DNA of 64,000 nt from Candidatus Nanoarchaeia archaeon (GCA_041651575.1 JBAZJB010000001.1:546096-610095), one strand, 5' to 3'; numbered from the stretch's first letter, positions 8,001 to 18,635 are shown. Numbers and translations are program-made. Notes: generated by a model not told the origin, from the sequence alone.

Positions 8001-10478
8001 ATGCATAAAAAGAGGGTTAGAGACAGTTTTTATTATTATACAACCAAAAGGGAAGGTAATAAAACTAAAAGTATCTATCTTGGAAGAAATTTAATAGAAG
8101 CTAAGAAAAAAGAAGCTAAAATTCTTGGTTTTAATTCAAATATACCACATAGAAACGTTTTTTTAATTCCTTTAGTATTAATTTTATTATTTTTTGGATT
8201 TTATTTTATTGGAAGTTATACTGGATTCTTTATTTCTAATGAAAATGAAAGTTTTTTTGTTGAACCTGTAATTGATGAAAATATTATTGTATCTGAATCA
8301 ATTAATTCTACTGAAACAATAGAAGAAACCAATTTAACAGAAATTCCTGTAGAAGAACCTATAACTATTCCAACTGAAGAAAATGTTAATGAGACAAATA
8401 TAACAGAACCAAATGAAGAAATAATTTTAGAAGATAATACCACTTTAGAAACTCAAAAAAATCCTTTAATGGGGGGATTTGATTTAATGGCAACTTCAGT
8501 AACTCAATGTATTCAATTAGATACATCAGGAACAGAATATCAATTAGCCAATAATGTTAATGCTTCCGGAACTTGTTTTAACATTACTGCAGATGATATT
8601 ACTTTAGATTGTCAAGGTTATAAAATTAATTTTTCTGCTAAATCAGTTGGATATGCTATTAATGATTCTTCTGGTTTTAATAATCTTACTGTTAAGAATT
8701 GTAATATGACCACCGGTTCTAATCAAAATCTTGCTTGGGCAATGGTTCTGAAAGGAGCAAATCATACTATTATTAACAATACTATGTTTAGTCAGGGATA
8801 TGGATTAACCGGAGTTAATATGAATAATTCTTATATTATAAATAATACAATTGTAATTTCTGCAACAAGTCGTATTGCTATTTATCTTCAAGCAACAAGT
8901 GAGAATAATACAATTATAGGAAATACTCTAAAAGGTACTGGAGTACAACACTATATGATGTATTCAGCCTTCTCAAAGAATAATATTTTTAAGAAAAATA
9001 CTATAAATGCTTCAAGGTCGTTTGGATTTTATTTTGCGGCAACAGAAAATAGACTACAACAATTTAATCATTCCATAGATGATACTAATTTAGTACAAGG
9101 AAAACCAGTTAATTTTACTTTTAATGTAAGTAATACAGTTTATGATGGAATTAATTATTCAAATTATGGGCAAGTTATTTTTGCTGCATGTCATAATATT
9201 ACATTAAATTATAGTAACTTTACAAACCACAGTTTATATTTATTAAATTCATATAACTGGACAATAGATAATAATAATTTTACAAGCGGAGATGCTTATG
9301 CAAATCTTTATGCTTATCTTTCAAGAGATATTAATATTAGTAACAATTGGTTTAATGGAGGAACTACTGGAGCTTATGAAAATATATATGCAGATACTGG
9401 AGCGAGTTTTAATATAATTAATAATACGCTTAATAAAGCAGTAACTTATAATTTATATTTATATAATACTCCTTACAGCCTAATAAAAAATAATAATGTT
9501 ACTGCAGTTATTGGTGGTGCAATAGGTATGTATAATTATTGGTCTATCGATGATGAATATTCAAACAATTCTATTTATTCTTCTACAGGTGCAGGTTATG
9601 GTATTGTTGGAAGATATGAAAAAGGAACAAGACAGTATAATAATACGATTTTCATGTATGGTAATAATTCTTATGGATATTATCATGCAAGCAGTACAAC
9701 TCAATGGGGGGATAATGTAACTTTAAAAGGAAATAATATACAAATGAGGGGAGTAAATTCTACTGGGGTTGGAATTAGTACAAATCTCAATATTTCTTTA
9801 GAAGATAATATAATTAATGTATCAAGATATGCTTATTCTGCAGGAAGGGATATTAACATTACTACACCAACAACTAATCCTGGAACTCAAGGTACAGTGA
9901 ATGTAACCAATTGTACAAATTCTTATGGAATTTTAAATGTAACTGTTATTGGAGGAAGTAGAAATAATATTACTGTGAATATACATCATTATTTAGATGT
10001 CCTTGTTTATGATACCTCAACAAGTTTATTTGTAAATTTAGCAAATGTTTCAACCTTTAATAGAACAGATACATTATATAAAAATGGAACAACAAATTCT
10101 AACGGAAACATTACATTTACTTTACAAGAATATATGATGAATGGTACTGGAACTTATTATTTTACTAATTATACAATAAATGCTACTTATGGAGAATTTA
10201 TTTCACAAACAGAATCTGTAAATATTACTAATTTTACAACTATTTTATTAAATATAACTTCAATTACGAGTACTTGTACTTATTCTTCTGGTGATTGGAA
10301 TATAAATTGTGCAGATAATTGTGATTTAACTACAAATTACGATTTAAGTGGAAATAATATTTATTTTACTGGTGCTGGAAGTTTCTATCTAAAAGCAAAT
10401 GTAACTAATTTTGGATTATTAAGTTTAAGTAACGATTGTAATATTATTTTATATGACTCTTCTTTAGCCCCTAGCTAA
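8001..10478 (+). CDS. Large secreted/surface protein with right-handed parallel beta-helix repeats and many N-glycosylation sequons
   Basis: N-terminal TM anchor, then repeated NxT/NxS sequons and PbH1-like repeats (NNTI..G, IINNT...). Confidence 0.6.
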   Translation: MHKKRVRDSFYYYTTKREGNKTKSIYLGRNLIEAKKKEAKILGFNSNIPHRNVFLIPLVLILLFFGFYFIGSYTGFFISNENESFFVEPVIDENIIVSESINSTETIEETNLTEIPVEEPITIPTEENVNETNITEPNEEIILEDNTTLETQKNPLMGGFDLMATSVTQCIQLDTSGTEYQLANNVNASGTCFNITADDITLDCQGYKINFSAKSVGYAINDSSGFNNLTVKNCNMTTGSNQNLAWAMVLKGANHTIINNTMFSQGYGLTGVNMNNSYIINNTIVISATSRIAIYLQATSENNTIIGNTLKGTGVQHYMMYSAFSKNNIFKKNTINASRSFGFYFAATENRLQQFNHSIDDTNLVQGKPVNFTFNVSNTVYDGINYSNYGQVIFAACHNITLNYSNFTNHSLYLLNSYNWTIDNNNFTSGDAYANLYAYLSRDINISNNWFNGGTTGAYENIYADTGASFNIINNTLNKAVTYNLYLYNTPYSLIKNNNVTAVIGGAIGMYNYWSIDDEYSNNSIYSSTGAGYGIVGRYEKGTRQYNNTIFMYGNNSYGYYHASSTTQWGDNVTLKGNNIQMRGVNSTGVGISTNLNISLEDNIINVSRYAYSAGRDINITTPTTNPGTQGTVNVTNCTNSYGILNVTVIGGSRNNITVNIHHYLDVLVYDTSTSLFVNLANVSTFNRTDTLYKNGTTNSNGNITFTLQEYMMNGTGTYYFTNYTINATYGEFISQTESVNITNFTTILLNITSITSTCTYSSGDWNINCADNCDLTTNYDLSGNNIYFTGAGSFYLKANVTNFGLLSLSNDCNIILYDSSLAPS

Positions 10479-10611
10479 AAATGAAAAATTAAGTGGAATA
10501 AACACTATTTAGAGTTATAAAAATGTTTATAAATATAAATACCCCAATAGATATGTATGAAAAGAGGTTAGATATAATTTCTATACCTAAAAAAAGAGCC
10601 ATGATTAACAA

Positions 10612-12006
10612 ATGAAAAAAAATATTTTTTTATTGAGTCTGATATTCTTATTATTAAGTGGAATAGTCTTTGCAGATAGTTTCCCTATATATGTTAAACC
10701 TTTAAGTGGAGGATCTGTTCAGCCAAGTACAGCTTTTGATTATAGATTTGATTTTACCTCTGATCAAGCTTGTGCAAGTGTATTACATTCTGTTACAAAA
10801 ACTATAACCACAGATAAATATGGGATTGGTTTTGCTGAATTAGATATAAGTCCGTTAAATGACACTCCTTCTTATTTATGTGAATATAGGGCAGCAAGCG
10901 GAGGTGCAGTAACTTTAAGACAAACACATAATATAAGCACCGGACTTTTTAACAGGACTTTAGGAAAAGATATTAAATATAATTATGTCAATGTAACTGG
11001 AAATGTAACTTTAGGTCAACAAATTTCTTTCAAACTCGGTTCAATTATAAAAGAAATCTCAAGTTGGGTCATATCAACTACATCTTTGGCTATCCAAGGA
11101 GATTTAAATGTAACTGGAAATGTAAATGTTACAGGATATGTAAATGCTTCAACAGTTTATTCTGGAGGAATAAATCTAAGTGAATTAGGAACTTATGCTT
11201 ACAATCAAACTACATATGCTTTAGTTGTAATTAGTACAAATATTAGCGCTTTAAACGAATCATTATTAACTTATATTAATTCTAATATTACAAACTTAAA
11301 TGCCTCTATAAATTATAATTATAATGAATCAAATTATGTTCTTACAATAACAAATACAAATTTTACAGCATTAAATGAATCAGTAACAAAATGGCTTTAT
11401 AATATGAGTGATGGAGGAGCAGATGGTTCTTACAATGCAACTTACGAATGGATCAATACTACTTATAATAAATATTGGTATAACATGAGTGATGGGAGCT
11501 ACAATGTTAGTTATGCAGAAGGAGATATTAATTTACAGTCTAATATTTCTGCAGTCAATACTTCTTTAATGAGTTATATTAATTCTAATATTACTTCTTT
11601 GAATAATTCTATTGTTACAAATTATATTACTGATTTTATTAAATATTGGTATAATCAAACTTTAGCTACCCTTACCTATTTAACTGAATCTTCTAATAAT
11701 TTACAAACAAATATTTCTGCAGTCAATACTTCTTTAATGAGTTATATTAATAATAATATTACAAACTTAAATGCATCATTAATTTATAATTATAATACTA
11801 CGACTTATGCTCTAACCACATTAGCAACTAATATTACAAACTTAAATGCGTCTGTAACAAAATATTTGTATAATCAAACATGGTTGAATATAGATTATTT
11901 AAATGTAACAAATAATTTTAATGCCACAAATATAACAACAACAAATATCTCTATAGGAAATGGAGTAATATTCTGGAATGGAAGTAATTTAATAATTAGT
12001 GGTTAA
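10612..12006 (+). CDS. Secreted sequon-rich surface protein with internal tandem repeats
   Basis: Sec signal peptide (cleavage near VFA/DS) and three ~50-aa repeats (NISAVNTSLMSYINSNIT.LN.S). Contains a perfect 43-bp DNA repeat. Confidence 0.6.
   Translation: MKKNIFLLSLIFLLLSGIVFADSFPIYVKPLSGGSVQPSTAFDYRFDFTSDQACASVLHSVTKTITTDKYGIGFAELDISPLNDTPSYLCEYRAASGGAVTLRQTHNISTGLFNRTLGKDIKYNYVNVTGNVTLGQQISFKLGSIIKEISSWVISTTSLAIQGDLNVTGNVNVTGYVNASTVYSGGINLSELGTYAYNQTTYALVVISTNISALNESLLTYINSNITNLNASINYNYNESNYVLTITNTNFTALNESVTKWLYNMSDGGADGSYNATYEWINTTYNKYWYNMSDGSYNVSYAEGDINLQSNISAVNTSLMSYINSNITSLNNSIVTNYITDFIKYWYNQTLATLTYLTESSNNLQTNISAVNTSLMSYINNNITNLNASLIYNYNTTTYALTTLATNITNLNASVTKYLYNQTWLNIDYLNVTNNFNATNITTTNISIGNGVIFWNGSNLIISG
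11541..11583. repeat. 43-bp perfect direct repeat, copy 1 (inside surface-protein CDS)
   Basis: aatatttctgcagtcaatacttctttaatgagttatattaat occurs again at 11710-11752. Confidence 0.8.
11710..11752. repeat. 43-bp perfect direct repeat, copy 2
   Basis: Identical to 11541-11583. Confidence 0.8.
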
Positions 12007-13087
12007 TATGAAAAAAGTTTTAATTTGGGGCCCCATCTTCTTTTTATTAATTATAACTATAGCCTTAGCCGATGAAGAATTATTTATTCCTGCCTTAGGT
12101 GATCAAGAAATGAATGGAGAAATGTTTGTTGGAGATGAACAATTAGGAGTTGGTCCAGCATTAGATTCATCAATCACAGTTACTCCTACGCCTCCTAGCG
12201 GTCCATCTGGCGGTGGAGGAGGTGCAGGTGGTGGAGCAGCAGCACCCAAAGTTATATTCAGTATGTATCCTCAATTAATACAAACCTATTTACCAATAGA
12301 AAAAGATGAAATAAAAACAGTAACAATAAATAATGAAGGAGAAACACAATTAATACTAGAATTAAAATTAATTAATTTAGAAGAAATTGTTAAAATAGAA
12401 ACAACTAATTTAGTAATACCCCCAAAACAAGAAAGAACAATAGAATTAAAGATATTCAATGGAACCCAAAAACCAGGAATTTATTCTGGACAGTTGCAAT
12501 TAATTTCAAAAACTTTAGTAAAAATGATTCCTATAATTATAGAAATAGAATCTGAAAAGCCATTATTTGATGCAAGCATAGAAATACCAAAAGAATCTTA
12601 TGAAATAGAAGAAAATGGTCCTTTAACTTCAAAAATAACTTTAATCAATAAAGCAAACACAGGAAAAGAAGTAAACGCAGAAGTAACATATACTATAAAA
12701 GACTTTGAAGGAAATGATCTTTACACAGAAAAAGAATCTGTTACAGTTTTAGATACAATAACTTATGATAAAAAATTAAATATAAACTTAAAAGAAGGAG
12801 AATATATTCTTGCTATAAAAGTTGATTATGGAGAAACTACTGCAGTTTCAAGTTCAACATTTAAAGTACTTCCAAAGACAATAAAAGGTATGCAAAAATC
12901 AGAATTATACTTAATAATAGGAATAGCAGCAATTTTAATAACAATGTTAATAATTGGTATTTTAAATTATGTAAAAATAATAAATATTAAAATTAAAAAA
13001 CCAAGATTGCCTGTAAAAGAAGATTTGTCTGATAAATTAAAATTAATTAAAAAGGCCTACAAAGAAGGGATATTAAAGAAGAAATAG
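11999..13087 (+). CDS. Secreted Gly-rich surface protein with C-terminal TM anchor
   Basis: Signal peptide, GGGGAGGGAAAP linker, C-terminal TM segment plus basic tail; overlaps the upstream gene by 8 nt. Confidence 0.55.
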   Translation: MVNMKKVLIWGPIFFLLIITIALADEELFIPALGDQEMNGEMFVGDEQLGVGPALDSSITVTPTPPSGPSGGGGGAGGGAAAPKVIFSMYPQLIQTYLPIEKDEIKTVTINNEGETQLILELKLINLEEIVKIETTNLVIPPKQERTIELKIFNGTQKPGIYSGQLQLISKTLVKMIPIIIEIESEKPLFDASIEIPKESYEIEENGPLTSKITLINKANTGKEVNAEVTYTIKDFEGNDLYTEKESVTVLDTITYDKKLNINLKEGEYILAIKVDYGETTAVSSSTFKVLPKTIKGMQKSELYLIIGIAAILITMLIIGILNYVKIINIKIKKPRLPVKEDLSDKLKLIKKAYKEGILKKK

Positions 13088-13097
13088 TAAGATTTAA

Positions 13098-13826
13098 ATG
13101 AATATAAACCATAACAAACTTATGAAAAGAGGATTATTAATATTTTTATTACTAATTCCTATAGTATTTTCTAGCGAAATTATTATGAATCAAAAAGAGG
13201 GCATAATTACTTACAATGTAGAATTAACTTTAGAAAACACATCACTAACCCAAGATTCTTTTGTAAATGCAAATGTGAGAATAAGTGGTTTACCTGATAC
13301 ACAAAAAAGACAATTTATTATTAATTTTTATATAAAAGATCTTAATGACAAAATAATAGCAAAAGACACAAAAACAATTGTTATAGAAAAGGAATTAAAT
13401 GTTAAAAAAGAATTTTATTTAACTAAAAGATTAGAACCAGGAAAATATAATTTTATAGCAGAAGCAATATATCAAGATACCCTTGTTTCTGATTCAAAAC
13501 CCTTTAATGTGGAACTAAAATTAGATAAAAAAAGTTATTTCTCTTATAGTTTATACTCTCTAATTATTATAGCAATACTAGTAATCTCCTTTTTAATTAT
13601 CTTTGAAAGAAACAAGCTAAAAGATATAGAAAAGAAGCTTCCAGAACAATTAAGAAAAATATGTGGAGATTATAGAAAAAACAAGAAAAAACAAGAAACT
13701 TTAATAAAACTAAAAAAACAACTAAGATTGATTAATGAAGCAAAAGATTTAAGGGTAATTTCAGACGAATCTTATGAAAAAGCTTCAAATTCTATAAAAA
13801 AGGTAATAAATAAGATAAATCGATAA
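13098..13826 (+). CDS. Secreted protein with C-terminal TM anchor
   Basis: Signal peptide, then a C-terminal hydrophobic helix followed by a basic coiled tail. Confidence 0.5.
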   Translation: MNINHNKLMKRGLLIFLLLIPIVFSSEIIMNQKEGIITYNVELTLENTSLTQDSFVNANVRISGLPDTQKRQFIINFYIKDLNDKIIAKDTKTIVIEKELNVKKEFYLTKRLEPGKYNFIAEAIYQDTLVSDSKPFNVELKLDKKSYFSYSLYSLIIIAILVISFLIIFERNKLKDIEKKLPEQLRKICGDYRKNKKKQETLIKLKKQLRLINEAKDLRVISDESYEKASNSIKKVINKINR

Positions 13827-13864
13827 ATAGAAAGTTTTATAAATATAAATTTTTATTATTATTT

Positions 13865-14161
13865 ATGGTTAAAAAAGATAAGAAAGCTATTGACCAAGCT
13901 TTAAACGATATAAAAAAAGAGCTGAATATTCTTAAAAAGGATAAAAGCGGTGTAGAAAAGAAATTAGGGGATTTAAAAACTTCTTTAGCTTATACAAGAG
14001 ATAGAGAAGTAGAACTAAGAAATAAGATTTCTGAATTAATATCAAGAGAAACAAAATTAAACGAAAACAAAGATAGAGTTCAAACTCAATTAGAAACACT
14101 TAACGACAAGCTTGAAAAAGTAAAGAAGATAAGTGAAGAACTAAAAGATGTAGAAGAATAA
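13865..14161 (+). CDS. Small coiled-coil protein
   Basis: 98 aa, heptad-rich and charged. Confidence 0.4.
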   Translation: MVKKDKKAIDQALNDIKKELNILKKDKSGVEKKLGDLKTSLAYTRDREVELRNKISELISRETKLNENKDRVQTQLETLNDKLEKVKKISEELKDVEE

Positions 14162-14191
14162 ATTTATATAATTCTTTATTAGATTTTTTAT

Positions 14192-14935
14192 ATGCAAAAG
14201 AAAGTATATTTTAATAATCAAGTTGGAGAAAAGATAGTAGGAATACTACATACCCCTAATAAAAATACCAAAAAAGCAATTATAATGGTACATGGTTTTA
14301 CTGGTCATAAAGAAGGTTATTTTACTTTAGGATTATCAAATTTATTAGAAAAAAATTATAATTTGTTAAGATATGACTTTTCTGGAAATAAAGAATCTGA
14401 AGGAAAGTTTGAAGATCAATCTTATTCAAAATATATAGAAGAGCTACATTTAGCAATTGAATTTATGAAGAATAAAGGATTTAAAGAAATTATTTTAGTC
14501 GGGCATAGTTTAGGTGCAACAATCTCTTTGTTTGAATATCAAAAATACAAAGATTCAGATAAAATTATATTTATTGCTCCTGCATTTTACTTAAAGAAAA
14601 AATTTATGTTAAGTATGGTTTTAAGATTTTTTATAACTTTAATCAAAGGAAAAATAAATTATAAAGATGCTTTTGGAAATGAAATAACTCTTAAAAGAAA
14701 ATTCTTCACAGAACGATTGTTTGTTTATAAAAAACATAAAGCCTTGAAAATTTTAAATATTCCTTCATTAGGAATCTTAGCTGAAAAAGATAAGTCCATA
14801 AATAATAAAAAATGTGAAAAGTTATTTAAAAAATATAATCTTAAATATTATATAATAAAAGAAGCAGCACATAATTTTAGAGAAGAAAAATATTTAAAGG
14901 AAGTTAGTAGTTATATATTAAAATGGCTGAAGTAA
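14192..14935 (+). CDS. Alpha/beta-fold hydrolase
   Basis: HGFTGHKEG oxyanion region and the GHSLG nucleophile elbow. Confidence 0.75.
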   Translation: MQKKVYFNNQVGEKIVGILHTPNKNTKKAIIMVHGFTGHKEGYFTLGLSNLLEKNYNLLRYDFSGNKESEGKFEDQSYSKYIEELHLAIEFMKNKGFKEIILVGHSLGATISLFEYQKYKDSDKIIFIAPAFYLKKKFMLSMVLRFFITLIKGKINYKDAFGNEITLKRKFFTERLFVYKKHKALKILNIPSLGILAEKDKSINNKKCEKLFKKYNLKYYIIKEAAHNFREEKYLKEVSSYILKWLK

Positions 14936-15351
14936 AAGATTGTATTTTCTGTAAAATAATAAAAGGAGAAATTCCTTGTACTAAAATATATGAAGATAAA
15001 GATACTTTTGTAATGTTAGATATAAGTCCTGCAAGCCCGCAAGGAGGCCATACTTTAGTTATGCCAAAAAAGCATTATGAATTAATTACAGACATACCTG
15101 ATAAAGAATTATGTGAATTAACTAAGATTGTTAAAAAAATGTCTAAAGTTTTACTAAAATATGGTCAAGGATTAAATATAATTCAAAACAACAAAAAAAT
15201 AGCAGGCCAATTTGTTCCTCATGTTCATTTTCATTTAATACCCAGGTTTGAAAAAGATGGTGTCTTAATAGAGAAGTGGGCTACTCATAAATACCCAGAT
15301 GGAGAAATGATTAGGGTAGCAGATAGAATAAAAAAGCTTTTAAAAGCTTAA
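14923..15351 (+). CDS. HIT-family (histidine triad) nucleotide hydrolase
   Basis: Histidine triad HVHFHLIPR; CIFCKII zinc-binding N-terminus. Confidence 0.85.
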   Translation: MAEVKDCIFCKIIKGEIPCTKIYEDKDTFVMLDISPASPQGGHTLVMPKKHYELITDIPDKELCELTKIVKKMSKVLLKYGQGLNIIQNNKKIAGQFVPHVHFHLIPRFEKDGVLIEKWATHKYPDGEMIRVADRIKKLLKA

Positions 15352-15369
15352 TTTCATCAATTCTCTTAA

Positions 15370-15441
15370 GGCACCTTAGCTCAGCGGTAGAGTACGAGTC
15401 TCATGAGCTCGACGTCGCCGGTTCAAATCCGGCAGGTGCCA
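15370..15441 (+). tRNA. tRNA-Met (anticodon CAT), elongator type (or Ile2 CAU)
   Basis: Acceptor GGCACCT/AGGTGCC, D-arm GCTC-AGCGGTA-GAGT, anticodon loop CTCATGA, T-arm GCCGG-TTCAAAT-CCGGC. G1:C72 rules out the initiator. Confidence 0.75.
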
Positions 15442-15448
15442 TTTTACA

Positions 15449-16027
15449 ATGAAAAGAGGATACAAAAAACATTTACACAGATTAAAACATCCAAAGACTT
15501 TGCTCTTATTAGGAACAATTATTCTAGCTTATATTATATTTGAAGGAAGAAATTTTGGTCCATTTCATCAATTTTTAATAGATATTGGTTATTTAGGTTA
15601 TTTGATTGCAGGAGGGTTCTATGCTTATGGATTTACAGCAGCTCCAGCAACAGCAGTTTTATTAGCAATAGCAAAAGAACATAATTTATTTTTTGGTGCA
15701 TTAATAGCAGGTATTGGGGCTTTAATTGGAGATCTAATAATATTTTTCTTAATAAGATATCCATTGAAAAAAGAACTTAAAAGTTTAGAAAAAGAAAAAG
15801 TAGTAAAATTCTTAGAAAAGGAAGAAGAAAAGGTTTTTGGAAAATATAAAAAATATTTCTTAGCCACATTTGCAGGATTTATAATTGCTACACCTTTACC
15901 ATCGGAAATAGGAATTGCATTAATGTCTTCTATAAAAAGAATGTCATTGAAAAAATTTGTAATAATTGCTTATATTTTACATACTTTGGGAATCTTCATA
16001 ATACTGTCTATAGGAAATTTAATATAA
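15449..16027 (+). CDS. Membrane protein, unknown function
   Basis: 192 aa with 4-5 TM helices. Confidence 0.45.
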   Translation: MKRGYKKHLHRLKHPKTLLLLGTIILAYIIFEGRNFGPFHQFLIDIGYLGYLIAGGFYAYGFTAAPATAVLLAIAKEHNLFFGALIAGIGALIGDLIIFFLIRYPLKKELKSLEKEKVVKFLEKEEEKVFGKYKKYFLATFAGFIIATPLPSEIGIALMSSIKRMSLKKFVIIAYILHTLGIFIILSIGNLI

Positions 16028-16040
16028 AAAAAAGAAATAA

Positions 16041-16352
16041 TTATTTTTTTGTTAGGTCTATTTCTATAGTAGAAACTCTTACTGTCTTCCCTTCTTCGTT
16101 TTTAAATTGCTCTGAGTTTATTCTTATATTGTTTACAACAACTTGATTTTCTAAGAATCTCTTTGTTGCTACTTCTGCTATATCTACTGCTCTGCTAATA
16201 AATTTCCCTCTTGCCCTAATACTTACTTCTGCTGCTCCTTGGGTTGTAAACTGCATAACCAATCCAGTAACATAATTCATAAAAGGTTTGTTACCTACGA
16301 AAATTACGTGCGAGTCCTTATCTTTTGGTTTTTCTGTTTGATTTTCTGCCAT
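16041..16352 (-). CDS. albA: DNA/RNA-binding protein Alba
   Basis: VIFVGNKPFMNYVTGLVMQF...VSIRARGKFISRAVDIAEV matches the Alba consensus. Confidence 0.9.
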   Translation of the reverse strand: MAENQTEKPKDKDSHVIFVGNKPFMNYVTGLVMQFTTQGAAEVSIRARGKFISRAVDIAEVATKRFLENQVVVNNIRINSEQFKNEEGKTVRVSTIEIDLTKK

Positions 16353-16454
16353 TTTAACCCTCCAAATCGTTATTTCTGTTATAAGGTTATTAGCCTATAA
16401 ACTCCTAAAAGAAAACATATATATAAAATTTACGTATTATAAGTCTATTAAACC

Positions 16455-16649
16455 CTATTTTAAAGCACTTTTCTTAACTAACTTAGAAATATGACCTGCT
16501 ATAACATTTCTTAGTTTTTTTGAAGGAATATGTGCTAATTCATCAGATAATTTTTTATTAGCTTCGAAATTATTTCCAAATCTTCCTTTACCTGCTTTAA
16601 ATATATCCATCGCATTTCTCTTAATTAACTTAGTTTTTATTCTTCCCAT
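16455..16649 (-). CDS. rps17e: 30S ribosomal protein S17e
   Basis: MGRIKTKLIKR...NKKL...LRNVIAGHISKLVKK matches eS17. Confidence 0.85.
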   Translation of the reverse strand: MGRIKTKLIKRNAMDIFKAGKGRFGNNFEANKKLSDELAHIPSKKLRNVIAGHISKLVKKSALK

Positions 16650-16694
16650 GATTTAAACCACTTATTTTATTTTATAAAGCTTGCTATTTTAGAA

Positions 16695-17663
16695 TTATAA
16701 GGTCTTTATGATAACCCTATTCCTTAGCTGTTTTTCTATATATTCTTGTATTTTCTTTGTAGGCTCTCCATTTGTTATGTATAATAAAGGTAAGTTAGAT
16801 TGGGCAGCTTCATTAAATGCCAAAGAAATATCTGCTATAGATAGTTTCTTCTTATTTTGTGCTTTTGCAAAGAAAGTCATATTTCCTATTTTAGTAGGAA
16901 CTTTAACAATATAATTAGATTCTTTTCCTTTCTTTATTATCTTTGATTCCATTGCATCTATTTCATGATCTTTTAAAAATGAAAGAACTTTCTCTTCAAA
17001 TTCTCCTTTTTCTATAACTTTTGTTTCATTCTTTTTTCTTTCAACTTTAGGTTTTTTTATTTTTTCTTCTATTATTGGTTCTTCTTTCTTAACTTCTTGT
17101 TTAATTTCTTGTATTATTTCTTTTGGAAGTTCTTTTTCAACTTCTTTTTCAACTATTTTTTCTTCTTTGACTCCAAGATTACTCATTATTCTACTTTTGG
17201 CTTCAGAATCAGGATACATATACCATTTCCAAAATCTTTCTGTAATATCATTATCATTTACATCTATAGGTATAGCAAAATCTTTTATTTCTCTTAATGC
17301 CACTCTTATTGCAGGTTGCATTTCTTTATCTCTAAGAACTAATTTTTGTTTTAATAAATCAAAAGCTTCTCTTTCTTTTTCTTTTAGATGTTTATATAAA
17401 GTTTGTATTTTGTGTTCTTGACCTATGACATAATATAAAGGACTTCCACCAAATTTAGCATTTGTGAATAATACTTTTTTAGATCTAACTAAATCCGATA
17501 AAAAAGCAGAAGCATAAAAAGTATCTCTTCCTATTTCTTTTCCTACTTGAATTGGTAAAACAGGACCGTTCTTTCTAATAAAAGCAAATGCTTTTTCTTT
17601 TAGATCTTGTGAATTCTTTAATTGATCTGCACCACTCACTTTATTTGGATTTATATTAAACAT
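16695..17663 (-). CDS. Hypothetical protein with N-terminal winged-helix-like region and Glu/Lys-rich linker
   Basis: 322 aa; no confident family assignment. Confidence 0.4.
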   Translation of the reverse strand: MFNINPNKVSGADQLKNSQDLKEKAFAFIRKNGPVLPIQVGKEIGRDTFYASAFLSDLVRSKKVLFTNAKFGGSPLYYVIGQEHKIQTLYKHLKEKEREAFDLLKQKLVLRDKEMQPAIRVALREIKDFAIPIDVNDNDITERFWKWYMYPDSEAKSRIMSNLGVKEEKIVEKEVEKELPKEIIQEIKQEVKKEEPIIEEKIKKPKVERKKNETKVIEKGEFEEKVLSFLKDHEIDAMESKIIKKGKESNYIVKVPTKIGNMTFFAKAQNKKKLSIADISLAFNEAAQSNLPLLYITNGEPTKKIQEYIEKQLRNRVIIKTL

Positions 17664-17764
17664 GGTTTTAGAACTATACTAAGCTATAAATAAGTTTTGT
17701 TTATGGTTTTAACTTAGATAAAGTAATAATTAAATTTAAATAGTTTAAAGTTTAATAAGTAAAT

Positions 17765-18049
17765 ATGTATCCAATTGAAAGAATTAGAGATATACATGAA
17801 TTAGAGTTATTTTTAGGACATTCTACTTCAGGAGCTATTTGTGAAGATCATGGAAGTAATCGTTTACCTCAAAATAGACAATCTGAACCACAACATAAAC
17901 CCAGAAGTTATGAAGATCAAGAAACAATTAGGGTAGAATGTTTTGGATTAAATGATAAAGGCGAGCTTTACTCTAAACTATGTGATAAATGTGAACATCC
18001 ACAACCTAATTGTGTATATTCCATCAGAAAAAAAGAAACTAAATCTTAA
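17765..18049 (+). CDS. Hypothetical small Cys-containing protein (doubtful)
   Basis: 94-aa ORF lying between two minus-strand genes, with atypical composition. May be non-coding. Confidence 0.2.
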   Translation: MYPIERIRDIHELELFLGHSTSGAICEDHGSNRLPQNRQSEPQHKPRSYEDQETIRVECFGLNDKGELYSKLCDKCEHPQPNCVYSIRKKETKS

Positions 18050-18050
18050 T

Positions 18051-18635
18051 TTAAGGTCTTACCCAATTTACTTCATAATAAGTGACATCAGATTCTTCAT
18101 CAGCTATACCTAAAAGTAATCTTTTTTTTGTAGAATGAGCTACTCTGTTTTTAGCTGCAAATTCATACCAAGTCATTGTTTCTGATTCATGCACAGGATA
18201 TACTATCCATTTAGCATGTTCATCTCCTGGTTTAACTCCACGATCATAAACTCTGAAATCTGCTCCAAATTTTAAAGCAGTTTTAACAATATATCCACGT
18301 TTTCTTAAATCTCTATAAACACAATATCTTGTCCAAAAATTAGGTTCGAATTTTCTTGCTTTTTTTATAAATTCATTTACCTTCATTTTCTTATCTTTTT
18401 CATAAACATCGAGTCTTTCTCTCTCAATTAAATAAAGAGCTTCGATTAAAGCATATTGGAATCTTCCTTTTTCATTAACTTCTCCAAATCTTGATTTATC
18501 ATACAATTCTCTAGAAACATTATTTTCTTCTGCAAGAACATTTTGTCCTACAAACAAACCTACAAACTTCTCATTAGAAGAGTCTATAATTTCTAATTTA
18601 GTTTCAATTTTCTTAGGTTCTACCTTTTTTATCAT
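18051..18635 (-). CDS. endA: tRNA-splicing endonuclease EndA
   Basis: C-terminal catalytic domain motifs KFGADFRVY and AHSTKK. Likely start is the internal Met (MIKKVEPKK); the ORF extends to 18719. Confidence 0.75.
   Translation of the reverse strand: MIKKVEPKKIETKLEIIDSSNEKFVGLFVGQNVLAEENNVSRELYDKSRFGEVNEKGRFQYALIEALYLIERERLDVYEKDKKMKVNEFIKKARKFEPNFWTRYCVYRDLRKRGYIVKTALKFGADFRVYDRGVKPGDEHAKWIVYPVHESETMTWYEFAAKNRVAHSTKKRLLLGIADEESDVTYYEVNWVRP

Noticed and set aside
8216-8443. 75-aa minus-strand ORF inside the first surface-protein gene
   Set aside because: Antisense shadow of the sequon-rich N-terminal region; no start context.
17765-18049. Considered whether this inter-gene region encodes SRP RNA or RNase P RNA instead of a protein
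   Set aside because: No conserved ncRNA motifs (no AGGAAAGUCC-like P4 element, no GNAR helix-8 signature) and no GC-rich stems. Kept only as a low-confidence ORF.
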